Source of the DNA: Chiloscyllium plagiosum
Lineage: Eukaryota
Reading direction: 5' to 3'
NCBI RefSeq assembly: GCF_004010195.1
Contig: NC_057749.1
Coordinates: 10,899,269 to 10,963,268 of the forward strand
DNA length: 64,000 nt
Shown: one piece after another, positions 1 through 12,069 of the stretch
Position numbering within the stretch: position 1 is the first letter of the stretch
How the letters are laid out: every line of letters starts with the position of its first letter
Made by a program: the position numbers and the translations under genes
Notes under the pieces: generated by a model
Databases searched by the model: none
What the model was told of the DNA's origin: nothing
What the model saw: only the letters and a program-made list of their open reading frames with translations

Positions 1-1299
1 CCGGTTTCCAGCTCCCTTTCCTGTCGCTGAGTTTCACCACCTCAGGAAGGAGACCTGCTGTTCCTGACCAGCAGCCCCCTCACCTGAGCCCCACCCACCC
101 CCTTGACCTTTTTACCAGTTGTCCCCCCGTCACCCGCTCCCCCAGGGACCCAGTCACCCTTTCCCATAATTTAAGGAATCAGAATTCTCATGAAGAGACC
201 CTCCCGTACCTTCAGCACAACATCTCCGGGGGTGGGGAGGGAACACGCCTATTTAGTCCGTAGACACATCCCATTAATACAACACACAAGCAGCAACACC
301 CACCCGGTGTCCCCCTTCATCCCCAAACACACAGAGGCCACCATGTGAGGGAATCCTGTCTGTCTTTTCTGTGTGTGTGTGTGTTTTAAAAAAGTAAAAT
401 GATGAAAACAAAAACTGAAGTACAAACGGGGAATTCAAAATCTCCTCGGGGTGGGGGGGGGGGAATAAGCAAAATGCTATTGTCGAACAGTTAAGCGTCA
501 GGGGTTCATTCGCCGCTGGATTTGATTGCTAAACAGAAAGGAGAGTGATTTATCAAAACAGCCTGATTTTGACGAATACAAGAAAACGATGCCGTTGTCC
601 TTTGGAGGTTGTTTCAGTCGGGGGTCCGCTCGAATATTTCACACTCAAAACCGCCTTGAATTAGTTTGAGATTTCAAAGCTAGGCCAGGATAGAAAGGTT
701 AAATGGGGCGATCAAACCCTTCAAGTAAAATATATATAGCCCTTTCCCCTGTTTAACATAAAACAGACAGCGCAGGGGGGAAAAAAATCATGCCACGTTC
801 TCAAGTTCCCAATTTTGGATTCAGGAAGTGAAATTGCATTAAATTACATTAGAATTAAGATATTACATCATTGGTGTCAAAGGTGATATTTCATCATCTG
901 TCCGAATAAAATCCTATCGCTTCCTATATGTTCACGGTCAGTATTTGGAATCAGTCCAAATGTTTCTCCAGCTCGTTTCTACTGGGTCTGAATTTCACAA
1001 ATGGCAACTTTTTCTGATATATGTACATCTTTAATATCAACCAGTTCGGTTTTGTATGGATGAGTGTGGGATTGACACGGTACTAAGTGAGAAGTGAGAA
1101 GACCATGTTGGTTTGCAATCGAAAAAAAATGTTGCCGTTTGGCGCTGACTGCATGGATGGAGTCCTGAATCTTTTTTCTGAATCCTTTCAATCCATTTCC
1201 TCCCACTTTGCCGAGATTTCGTTCCGGGGGTTATGTGTGGGGCGTGGGGTTGTGCATTATTTAAAAACATGAAAGAAAGGGGAACGCCTGCGATACAGA

Positions 1300-2230
1300 G
1301 GGGTAACTGGCGCTATCACAATTGAAAAAGGGAAACGCAACCTCAACTTGGTGCAGAGAACTCAATAAAATTGTTGGGCAATACCTACTCGCTCGCTTTC
1401 TGGGGATAGGGCGGCTGGGGGCTCAGTGGAAATCTGATCTACTTGCCCGCTCTCTGCAAAGTCTAAATTTTCACCCCAGTAGACTATCGAAATGTCTAAA
1501 TCTATCCAGCTCAGTTTCACCGTCTACCCAGAAATGTAATTCCTCTTACCTTTCCCTCTCAATGTTTTCACTCCTGCAGGTTACAACACGCCCAGGTAAG
1601 CGTCGGAATTTCGGCGCTGTCCGTTACACGATTCGGGGCAAATGTAGCGAAGACAGCGGCGGGAGTAGATTGGGGCAGATGGTCGCGGCTTTTTCCAAGG
1701 GGGGGGGGGATCCAACCGGCATTTTTTTTTAACAGGACAGTTTTTTTGTGGGGGTGGGGACTATTGTATACACACAAACACACACCCGTTGCCTGAGCTG
1801 TCTCAGTTTTGGCTTGGATCTCCAGGCGCGCTCCCGTCAGTTCCGGGGGCGCGCAGCCTCTCCCAGGTGCCGCGCCTCTTCCTTAGTGCAACAGCCTGTG
1901 GAGGGGAGAGACAGAGAGGGAGACAGCGAAAGAGTGAGGGAGAGATAAAAAAAGAACAGATGAACAGAAATCATATTTTCAATTCTAAAGTCACACGGTC
2001 ACCAAGCCTTATCGGTTTCACAGACCCCCCCAGAGCTGGCTGAAGAATCCCTCAGAGAGAGCTGGGAGCTGAGGTTGAGTCGCTGGAGGGACAGGCGGAG
2101 CCCTGCGCTTGGTGGTTGGGAATGAGATGGAGAAGATACCCCAGACCGGCATATTGCCCGCACCTCAGTGCAGGCACAGAGATCCCTCAGCCACCTGCAG
2201 CTCTCTCTCTGTCTGTTTGTGATCAAGCCA
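1300..2230. promoter_or_regulatory. CpG-rich promoter/first-exon-like region of an unidentified gene
   Basis: CpG density is visibly high relative to the rest of the window (e.g. ggcgcgctcccg, gggggcgcgcagc at 1825-1860). No recognisable repeats. Strong minus-strand donor AAG|GTAAGA at 1550/1549 and a GA-rich tract at 1900-1950. Confidence 0.55.
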
Positions 2231-2269
2231 GCCCACACCAGCCTCATGGAGTGGATGGAAAGAGAGACA

Positions 2270-3245
2270 GATACATACATTAAAAAGGGATATAGATACA
2301 TAAAATGGATATACAGGTATATATAGTTGGATACAGGATAGGTGCATAGAACATACGCAGCTAAATAAATGCATATATAAAGGCATAGGTAAATACAGGT
2401 AGATAAATAAATACATCGCTAAATAGAATAGAATATTGTCATGAATAAAATAGTGAAAAGCGTACATATGCGCCATTCACGTTAGTAGATACATACTAAC
2501 AGGCACACAGGGACATACATAGCTGAATAGATATATATGTAAATACACAGGTCTATATAGGCAGATGCATAGATAGTTACACAGATATATAGCTAGGTAC
2601 GTACATAGATCGGCCGCTGCATAAATAGGTACATAGACAAGTAGATACATGGGTTCAAATTTGGGTAAATAGATACAAAAAGAAAGAAGTTGGCAGGTAG
2701 ATCTGTAGATAGATAGAGACAAAGGAGGTGGATCTATAGGTAAATAGAGACATAGGAGGTAGATCTATAGGTAGATAGAGGCATAGGTAGATAGATCTAT
2801 GGGTAGGCTATAGATAGAGACATTGGCAGGTAGATTTATCGGTCGGTAGATCTATAGGTAAATAGAGACATTGGAGGTAGATCTATAGGGAGGTAGAGAC
2901 ATAGATCTATGGGTAGATAGATCTACAGTTAGATAGAGACATTGGTACGTAGATCTATAGGTCGGTAGAGAGTAGCAGCAAATTGCTGCGAATGCTGGAG
3001 ATCATTGCGGGTCAGATAGCATCCATGGAGAGAGAGGACAAGGAATTTTTTCGAAGCTAGATGATTTCATCAGAGCTGAAGTGAAGTGTGGAGCGGGCAG
3101 CTCTCTGATGAAGAATCATGCAGACTGGAAACGTTAGCTTGTTCTCTTTCCATGATGCATAGAGACATAGGTAGGTAGATCCATAAGTAAATGGAGACAT
3201 AGGTAGGTAGATCCATAGGTAAATTGAGACATAGGTAAGTAGAGA
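2270..3245. repeat. Degenerate (TAGA/TAGG/GATA)n simple-sequence array
   Basis: Repeated taggtagatagatctat-type units, interrupted at ~2969-3158 by a fold-back element. Confidence 0.9.
2969..3158. mobile_element. Fold-back mini-element resembling an older Penelope-like terminal repeat, with hammerhead-like motif
   Basis: Inverted arms gcatccatggagagag...ttcatcagagctg and cagctctctgatgaag...ctctttccatgatgc. CTGATGA...GAAACGTTAGCT at 3105-3139. Confidence 0.6.
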
Positions 3246-3411
3246 ACCAGACAGATATTTAAGGAATATTTGTAAAATCAGAAATACGTTCTACAAAATT
3301 AACCTTATACGGGTTTGTATGTTATCCTCTACACGATGGATAATTTGACTGCCATTTCAGCTGAAAATATCTGTAATACTGGAGTGAGAGACAGTGTTAA
3401 TGTTTGATTTC

Positions 3412-4497
3412 TATATAGTCGGTCAAAACCTTCTCTTTCCCACTGAGATCTCTCGCACCCCGCCCTTTGTCTCTCTCTCTCTCTCCCACAGATACTCCGT
3501 TATGTTGAGTCTGATTTTCCGGAGCCGGTTTCTCAGTGACGGGCACATTCCAGTTTGCAGGAAGCGCCTTACGCCTGACAACCGTGCAACAGCGTGCACT
3601 CAGTCAGAGAGCGGGGATTCTGCGCCCAGGGACGCTGCCTGCTGTTAAACTAAACCCCAAAGCCCAGCCCCGGTGTGAGAGTCTCACCTTTACCCCTTGT
3701 GTCATGTTCTTAGCCGCCTATCTCACTTGAGTTCGCCCTTAAGCTCCAGGCAGCTGACAATTTGAACACTTCTTTTGAAGAGTTTCGCCCCTCAATAGTC
3801 AGTCTTATCCGCGCTCGATTAGATAGAAATAACAATATACACTTTGATAAAAAAAACCTTTTCTAACGCTGCGTACAACTGACCTACAATCAGTGAACCA
3901 TTGTGAGCCCTCCTATAACACTGCTATTGTGGAGTTTTTCGTATTTATTTTAATATATAGTCGGTCAAAACCTTCTCTTTCCCACTGAGATCTCTCGCAC
4001 CCCGCCCTTTGTCTCTCTCTCTCTCTCTCTCTCTCCCACAGATACTCCGTTATGTTGAGTCTGATTTTCCGGAGCCGGTTTCTCGGTGACGGGCACATTC
4101 CAGTTTGCAGGAAGCGCCTTACGCCTGACAACCGTGCAACAGCGTGCACTCAGTCAGAGAGCGGGGATTCTGCGCCCAGGGACGCTGCCTGCTGGTAAAC
4201 TCAACCCCAAAGCCCAGCCCCGGTGTGAGAGTCTCACCTTTACCCCTTGTGTCATGTTCCTAGCCGCCTATCTCACTTGAGTTCGCCCTTAAGCTGACAA
4301 TTTGAACACTTCTTTTGTAGAGTTTCGCTCCTCAATATTCAGTCTTATCCGCGCTCGATTAGATAGAAATAACAATATACACTTTGATAAAAAAAAACCT
4401 TTTCTAACGCTGCGTACAACTGACCTACAATCAGTGAACCATTGTGAGCCCTCCTATAACACTGCTATTGAGGAGTTTTTCGTACTTATTTTAATAC
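3412..4497. repeat. Direct tandem duplication, two ~540 bp copies (3412-3953, 3954-4497)
   Basis: Near-identical copies that differ by (CT)7 vs (CT)11, a 10-bp indel and a few substitutions. The duplicated 64-aa ORFs at 3536 and 4086 reflect this. Confidence 0.95.
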
Positions 4498-5646
4498 ATC
4501 CTGTCTTAAAATGTAAAGTAAATCGACCGTGTGAACCTATGGAAACAATATTAATTAAGATCAAACGGAAATTGTGGGTTTTGATAACAAAACATGTTTG
4601 TTTGCATATCATTGTGTTCAGAGAGTGACTGAACCTTTTTTTGTAAGTTGAGGTTTACTGTAAGGTGTGTCAGGGATGAGAAATGCAATTAAAAGCTCTC
4701 AGGCCAGACTGAGTTTGACTCTAGGATCTCAGTTTGAAGTGATCCTTGGCCCTCTTTTGAATTAAAAGCAGCTTAGAAATTCAACGATGCCTCGCAAACA
4801 CAAGGCTGAAGTTTTATTTGATCTCACCGAATACTCCCTAACGATGACGCCTACTCTCCTTACCGGGAACCCGAATGACGTTTTCTCCAGTAGCTTGCAG
4901 CGCACAGTCTGTGGATGGTGCGGAGAGATGCTGGCTTCAGGTGAATCTAACCGTGGGATTTAAGGTTTCGTCTGAATTTGCTTCAGAGCTCTGCCATTAG
5001 ATGCGCAATCTTGGCTCGGTTAATGGCGATTGGATCCGCTTCATGTCCCCGGTGCAACATCTTCAAGAAAGCTATAGACGTATTGTTACAAACAAGAGGA
5101 CAACTTTAACCTAGACATTAAAACATCTTCTGGTTTGTAACGGAATTCGCTACGAAATGCGAATTTAACAGCACTGAAAAATTATTAACGAGACGTTAAG
5201 TTGCTCTGTCCACTGTTTTAATCTTGACCCACTGTAACGTAAGTAAAATCTCTGTCAGTATATCCCTTTTAAATTAGCGTCCAGCATCCCAGTCAATACA
5301 ACAAAGGGATTTATTTAATATCTTGCCCTCAATGCAATTTCAACTCCACCCACCACCCTGGTGAACACATCTTGACTATTTTCCCCACCATGCCCCTATT
5401 GAAGAAGTTCGAGACAGTTACATCTCAATGATTGCATATTTTATCTCATTGTGATAATATTAAACACGTTGGTGCATCTTCCCACATTCAAATCGTGTGT
5501 GTGTGTTTGAACAATGATTTATCTCTCCCACCCGCCCCGAGTGTTGACAGTATTGTCTGTGTTTGATTCCAAGTTCCATTATTTGCAGGGTTTTTTTGCC
5601 CTTTCGAAGTGGATTCTATTGACAGCAGTCATCGCCATCATTTTCT

Positions 5647-5932
5647 TTAGATTAGATTCCCCTTAGTGCAGAAACAAGTCCACACCGACCCTCGGAAGAG
5701 TAACCCACCCAGACCCATTTCCCTCTGACTAATGCACCTAACATTATGGGCAATTTAACATGGCTAATTCACCTAATCTGCACATCTTTGGAGTGTGGAA
5801 GGTGACCGGAGCGCCCGGAGTAAACTCACGCAGTCACGGGGAGAATGTACAAACTCATCTGAGGCTGGAATCGAACCTGGGACCCTGGTGCTGTGAGGCA
5901 GCAGTGCTAACCACTGAGCCACCGTGCCGCCC
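5647..5932 (-). mobile_element. tRNA-derived SINE, HE1/V-SINE type
   Basis: Minus-strand head gggcggcacggtggctcagtggttagcactgctgcctcacag with B-box ggttcgattcc, central tgctaaattgccc-like domain and (TCTAA)n tail. Confidence 0.85.
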
Positions 5933-5967
5933 CAAATTTAACTTTGGGTTCCCACTGTTCGGATGCT

Positions 5968-6490
5968 GATAGAATCTCTACACTATAGAAGTATTTGGCC
6001 CATCAAATCCACACCAACCCTCCAAAGAGCATCTCATCCAAACCCACCCCATCTCTGTAACTCTGCATTTCCCACAGCTAACCCACCTAGCCTGCACATC
6101 CCTGGACATAATGGACAATTTAGCATAGGCAATCCACCTTAATCCACATATTTTTGGACTATGGGAGGAAACCCGAGCACACAGGACGAATAGGTAAAAA
6201 CAATGACTGCAGATGCTGGAAACCAGATTCTGGATTGGAGTGGTGCTGGAAAAGCACAGCAGTTCAGGCAGCTTCCGTGGAGCAGGAAAATCGACGTTTC
6301 GGGCAAAAACGTCGATTTTCCTGCTCCTTGGATGCTGTCTGAACTGCTGTGCTTTTCCAGCACCACTCTAATCCACACAGGACGAATGTGCAAAGTCCAC
6401 ACAGACAGTTGCCCGAGGCTGAAATCGAACCAGGGTCGCTGGAGCTGTGAGGCAGCAGTGGTAACCACTGAGCCACTGTGCTACCCCATT
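5968..6490 (-). mobile_element. HE1-type SINE interrupted by a Penelope-derived hairpin
   Basis: Same head and body as 5647-5932, split at 6192-6373. Confidence 0.8.
6192..6373. mobile_element. Penelope-like fold-back mini-insertion with 14-bp TSD
   Basis: ~68-bp inverted arms (6232-6299 and 6307-6374). cacacaggacgaat is duplicated at 6178-6191 and 6374-6387. Confidence 0.85.
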
Positions 6491-7116
6491 TCGTCGGGAT
6501 GTCTCATCAAAAAAAAACTTTTTGAATTCATACAATCTTTCCAATCTTTCCATATTTAGTGTTAATATTTTAGCTATTCCCACACCTCTGTTCGCCCGTC
6601 TCCGCACAAAAAGATCAAATCATAGAATGTTACAACACTCCAATGTAGCCCCCTTGGCCCTTCCTACACCTTCTAACCCTTCCGTATTGTTTCTCAATTA
6701 GACTCCCACACGTATTACTTTGAGAGGTGCAGCAACAGGAGCATATCAGAACAGGGAAGTCAGATGTGTCCTTGGTCGTGTTTTCTGTTGTTGGCGGCTG
6801 CGGAGAGCGAGTTGGGGCGTGGATAAACACGAAACTTACTGTCACTGGCCAAAGAGAGAGAGAAAAAAAATCCGCAAACAAATGATGTTTACGCGCCTTC
6901 CACCCTCAGACATTCCGTGTTCCAATTACTGTCACCTTTCCTTCTGCCCTATAATGGGGATCTCTGCTGGGGTTGCGTGTGGATTTTCGACAGAGCTGTC
7001 GCATTTTGTTTTCACGATTACAGACACCTCTGTTAGCAAGCTCTTTGTAATGTATTCAATCTGCATCGTTCTTCAGTTCAGACACACACGAATTGTTACA
7101 GACATAACCAAAGGGT

Positions 7117-7452
7117 CGCAGAGATGTACAGGACCGAAAAAGACCCTTCGGTCTAACTCGTCCGCGCTGACCAACTATCCTAAATTAATCTAGTCCCATT
7201 TGCCAGCATTTGGCCCATATCCCTCTAAACCCTTCCTATTCATACACTCATCCAGATACCTTTTAAATATTGTATTTTTCCAAGCCTCAACCACTTCCTC
7301 TGGCAGCTCATTCCGTACACGCACCATCCTCTGCGTGAAAACGTTGCCCCTTAGGTCGGTTTTAAATATTTCCCCTCTCACTTTAAACCCAAGCCTTCTA
7401 GTCTTGGACTCTCCCACCCCAGGGAAAAGACCTTGTCTGCTTACCCTATCCA
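7117..7452 (-). mobile_element. CR1-type LINE 3' fragment
   Basis: Translates to RT C-terminal FKTDLRGNVFTQRMVRVRNELPEEVVEA...GLEGYGPNAGKWD, followed by the family 3' UTR. Confidence 0.85.
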
Positions 7453-8726
7453 TCTAGTTCTGGATTCCCCCCTCTCACCGCCACTCCCCATTCCGGGAAA
7501 AAGACCACTTCCAGCGCATCCAAGGATTCTTTACAAAAAAAGTTATTTCCGCAATATATTTTATACATTTAAAAGTGTCATTCCACCCGCCCCGTTCCCC
7601 CCTCACCTTGATGTGTTTATACAGATCAAGGTGAGGCATCTTTGTGCTGTTCCAACAATCAATGTCAATATAGTCACTTCCAGGTTGTGTACAGTATTTA
7701 GCTCCCTTCAAACAAACAAAAGGAAATATATATAACCAGGAGATTAAAATCTCCTCAGTTGAGAATTGACTGGCAAAGAAAAATTTTAAAAAGAAAAAAA
7801 GTTAAACTGCATACCCAACATAATATCAGGCTCCAGAATCATCTTTATCAGGGAGGAAGAGGCAATTTATTTAAATAGGTTCTCTCTGAGGAACCGTGGG
7901 GAGTTTAAGAGTTTGTATTTGTTGATAGGACATGGCGGTCTTTGGTTAGGCATTTTATTGCTCATCCCTACTTGCCCTTGATCACAGAATCCAAGACATG
8001 CTGTAATGCAAGGAGGCCATTCGTCCCGCCTTGTCTGTACTGAGTAATGAAAGTTTCAGTCAGGTGCACTCATCCACCCAGGTGAGGTGCTCCCATCCCC
8101 GGTCCAGTCACACTAAGCTGACCCCATTGTCATTCTCCTGTCTGTTAGGGGCCGGAATTCCGTGTGGTGAAAGGTAGACTTGGCAGGTCAGGGGTGGAGA
8201 GGGGGAGGACCAAAGTTAATGCAGAAACATAGAAAATCTTAGAATCCCTACAGTGCGGAAGCATGCCATTCGGCCCATCAAGTCCACACCGACCCACCGA
8301 ACAGCATCCCACCCAGGCCAAGCAAACCTACCTTATGCCCATAATCTTGCATTTCCCATGGCTAATCCATCTAACCTTCACCACCCTGGACACGATGAGC
8401 AATTTAGCATGGCCAATTCGCCTGGCTGCACATCTTTGGACGAGGTATCTTCCGGTGGGTCAGAATCATCTCGGCTGCACCTTCAGGACATTCCATCTTT
8501 CATTACTCGGCTTTCCCCAAGCCGAGGAGCTGTTAACGAAAACTGTAATGAACTTAGTCTTAATTTCATTATTTTTTGTTATTACGTATGACTTCTGTCA
8601 TTGATACAGGCGCCGTGGTTCGGCTTTTCACTGTGTTTTCATGTAAAAGTTGTGTGTGACAGTAAATTTCTGTTCAATGTTTTTCTGCTAGTGACAGCAA
8701 ATTTCAAGTCTTTCCCCTCCTACTCC

Positions 8727-9726
8727 GAGGAGAAAGTGAGGACTGCAGATGCTGGAGAACAGAGTTGAAAAGTGTGGTGCTGGAAAAACTCAGCAGGCCA
8801 GGCAGCATCCGACGAGCAGGAGAATCGACGATTCGGACATAAACCCTTCTTCAGGAATGAGGCTGGTGTGCCAAGCGGGCTGAGATTAAAGGTGGTGGGG
8901 GTGGGGGAATTTGAGGGCTGGGCGCTGGGAATATGATAGGTGGAAGGAGGTGAGGGTGAGGGTGATAGGCCGGAGAGGGGGTGGGGCGGAGAGATCGGGA
9001 AGAAGATTGCAGGTCAAGAAGGCGGTGCTGAGTCCGAGGNNNNNNNNNNNNNNNNNNNNNNNNNNNNNNNNNNNNNNNNNNNNNNNNNNNNNNNNNNNNN
9101 NNNNNNNNNNNNNNNNNNNNNNNNNNNNNNNNNNNNNNNNNNNNNNNNNNNNNNNNNNNNNNNNNNNNNNNNNNNNNNNNNNNNNNNNNNNNNNNNNNNN
9201 NNNNNNNNNNNNNNNNNNNNNNNNNNNNNNNNNNNNNNNNNNNNNNNNNNNNNNNNNNGGCGCAAGTTTTGCACTTCTTGCGGTTGCAGGGGAAGGTGCC
9301 GGGAGTGGAGGTTGGGTTGGTGGGGGGTGTGGATCTGACTAGGGAGTTGCGGAGGGAGTGGTCTTTCCAGAACGCTGATAGGGGTGGGGAGGGAAATATA
9401 TCCCTGGTAGTGGGGTCTGTTTGGTGGTGGCGGAAATGACGGAGGATGATACGATGTATCTGGTGGTTGGTGGGATGGAAGGTGAGGACCAGTGGGGTCC
9501 TCTGGTGGCGATTGGAGGGGCGGGGTTCAAGGGCGGAGGTGCGGGAAGTGGAGGAGATGCAGTGGAGACCATCGTCGACCACGTCGGAGGGGAAATTGCG
9601 GTCTTTGAAAAAGGAGGCCGTTTGGACTGTTCGGTAGTGGAATTGGTCCCCCTGGGAGCGGATGCGGCGGAGGCGAAAGAATTGGGAATATGGCCTGCTG
9701 CGCTTTTCCAGCACCACACTTTTCAA
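8727..9726 (-). mobile_element. Penelope-like retroelement fragment (spans assembly gap) with short inverted terminal piece
   Basis: ORF PYSQFFRLRRI...CNRKKCKTC matches the 34160 copy. Terminal repeat at left and inverted piece at 9694-9726. Imperfect TSD ccctcctact(c/t)c at 8715-8726 and 9727-9738. Confidence 0.9.
9040..9258. other. Assembly gap (219 N)
   Basis: Run of N. Confidence 1.
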
Positions 9727-10304
9727 CCCTCCTACTTCTACCCCATTCTATCCTGTTAGAATTTTTTTAGGTTTCTATGAGAACCCCGCCCCTTTCCCAA
9801 ATATTCTTCTGAAATCCAGTCAATTTAATCCTAACTGATTCAACGTCTCCTCATGTGTCAGTCTTGCTATCCCAGGAATCAATCTGGTAAACCTTCATTG
9901 CACCAACTTTGTATCAAGAACATTCTTCCTCAGCTAAGGTTTCTAGTCCAATATGCCTCTTCCTCAGAAACATTAACTCTCTCAACAGGTGGCGCCAGAC
10001 CTGTTGAGTTTCTCTAGCACTTCCTGTTTTGTGTCAGATTTCCTTATTTGTTGTATTTTGTTTTGGTCAGTAAAAGGATGAATCTGTTTCCAAGCTTTAC
10101 ACATTTTTATTACCATTTATTTGCAGGATAGGCATTACAAATGAGCACCTCCTAACTGCAGTCTGTGTCTATTTATATCTCTTTTGATCTAACTTACAGA
10201 TGGTCAATATCAAGGAACTAAGTGCCCCAGTTGGGAGAGGCATCATGAATGAGAGATGACCTTATTAAAACTTACAAAAGTTTTAATGTGACAGACAGGA
10301 TGCA

Positions 10305-10790
10305 TAGAGTCGTAGCGTATGGAAACAGACCCTTCAGCCCAACTCATCTATGAACCAGTCCCATTTTCCTTTGTTTGACCCATATCCCTCCAAACCTGTA
10401 CCTGTCCATACGCCTTTTAAATGTTGTAACCGTACTCACCTCTACCATTTCTTTTGGCAGCTCATTCCATACACGCACCACCCTCTGCATGAAAAGGTTG
10501 CCCCTTAGGTTCCTTTTAAATGTTGCCCCTCTCACCTTAAACCTATGCCCTCTAGATTTGGACTCCCTACCCCAGGAAAAGACCTTGGCTATGCACCCTA
10601 TCCATGCCCCTCATTATTATATAAACCTCTACAAAGTCACCCCTCAGCCTCCGACGTTCCAGGGTAAATAGCACCAGCCTATTCAGCCTCTCATTATACA
10701 TTAAACCTCCAACCCCGGTGACACCCTTGCAAATCTTTTCCGTATCCTTTCAAGTTTAACAAAATCTTTCCAATAGCAAGGAGACCAGAA
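10305..10790 (-). mobile_element. CR1-type LINE 3' fragment
   Basis: FKRNLRGNLFMQRVVRVWNELPKEMVEV and FWSPCYWKDFVKLERIRKRFAR motifs. Confidence 0.85.
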
Positions 10791-11262
10791 TATGTGGAGA
10801 AAGGAATCAAGGATAGAGATGGTTCGATTAAATGATGTAGATGGCTGGTGACTCAAGTGGAGCATAAACACTGACTGTATTAATTGAATCAAATGGCGTG
10901 ATTCTGTGTTATGAGCCAAGCAATTTATTTATAAAATGCCATGTACAATCTCAGGATATTTTAGTGCACTTCACAGCTATTGGGGTATTTCTGAAGTGTA
11001 GTCTGTTGTAATGTAGGGAACATGGTTTCCAAATACTCATATGACCAGGGAAATAAGAAGATCCATGTGGTTTTTTCCCATTTTACATAAGCCATCTTGC
11101 AATACTTACTTCAGTGTCAATTCAGTGCCAAATTAGAAGCAGATTTGCCAAAGCAAAGAATTGCAGATGCTAGAAATCTGAAATGAAAACAATTTTAAAA
11201 GTTGGTAACACTCAGCAGCTCAGGCTATGGAGACAAACAGAGGTAACATTTCTAGTCCAATA

Positions 11263-11897
11263 TGCTATGGACCAGACCAAACCCCCTCAAAATATATTCA
11301 GAAGATAGCCTAGTCATAACTTGCTCTTATTTTAAAGGTAAGTGTAAGGGGTTGCATTCCAGGTCAAACTGCCAGATTTGAAGCAAAACACATTTCATTC
11401 ATACACCATAGTTAAAAAACAAAAGAAAGAAGTTGAAATAATAACTCTATTAGAAAACTTAACAGAATAATAGATTATTAACTAATGCCAATTAACTGTT
11501 CCAATATAGTAACATCCCATAAACGCAGTCTTGGCAAAGGCAAATTCAATAAAATAGATTTTCTCAAATGCAATTCTCCAGTCCAGGAGGGAAAAACATC
11601 AAGAGAAATTCCGAAAGAGTCAGTAGCAGGGAAAGATGTACTGCAGCTTCCAAACCCAGCTTGAAGACCCAGCAACAACTGCTTTTGAAAACTAAAACTA
11701 AAATCCTGGTTCTGTAGGAGCTCACCCCTCCTATTCAGGCTGCTTCTCTTGTTCCAACTTTTAAAAAAAACCCAAGGCCTTGCAAGCTGTTTACTTTATG
11801 GGCTTTTGTAAGACAGCTCTTCACCTCTGCCTTAAAGCCTCTCTTCAGAACAAAAACCAGGATAAAGCACACCTCTTAAAGTCATAGTATTGTCACT
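11263..11897. mobile_element. Probable solo LTR (family shared with 15428-16487)
   Basis: Alignable along its length with 15428-16487. Termini tgctatgg...tgtcact are a degenerate TG...CA, with flanks aata/agta. Confidence 0.65.
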
Positions 11898-12069
11898 AGT
11901 ACAAATCACTTCGGAACAGTTCAGAAGAATTCAAACAGATGGCTTCCTATGGGAAAACCAAGAGACAACACATTGATAGAATTCCAGAGGCCCAACCAGA
12001 CAATAGAGGAAATGAAAGTGCCTTGAAACCTAGTCAAGATAATTGGTTTGCAAGGTCACCACATGTAGG

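Noticed and set aside
1075..1112. Minus-strand ATG in good Kozak context (MVFSLLT)
   Set aside because: In-frame stop after 7 codons and only weak splice sites.
2165..2722. Tyr/Leu/Ile-rich ORFs
   Set aside because: Translations of the TAGA-type simple repeat.
3536..4280. Duplicated 64-aa ORFs as a small gene pair
   Set aside because: Non-ATG starts and no recognisable homology. They are explained by the DNA duplication.
5860..5932. tRNA genes suggested by A/B boxes
   Set aside because: They are SINE heads followed by SINE body and tail, with no complete cloverleaf.
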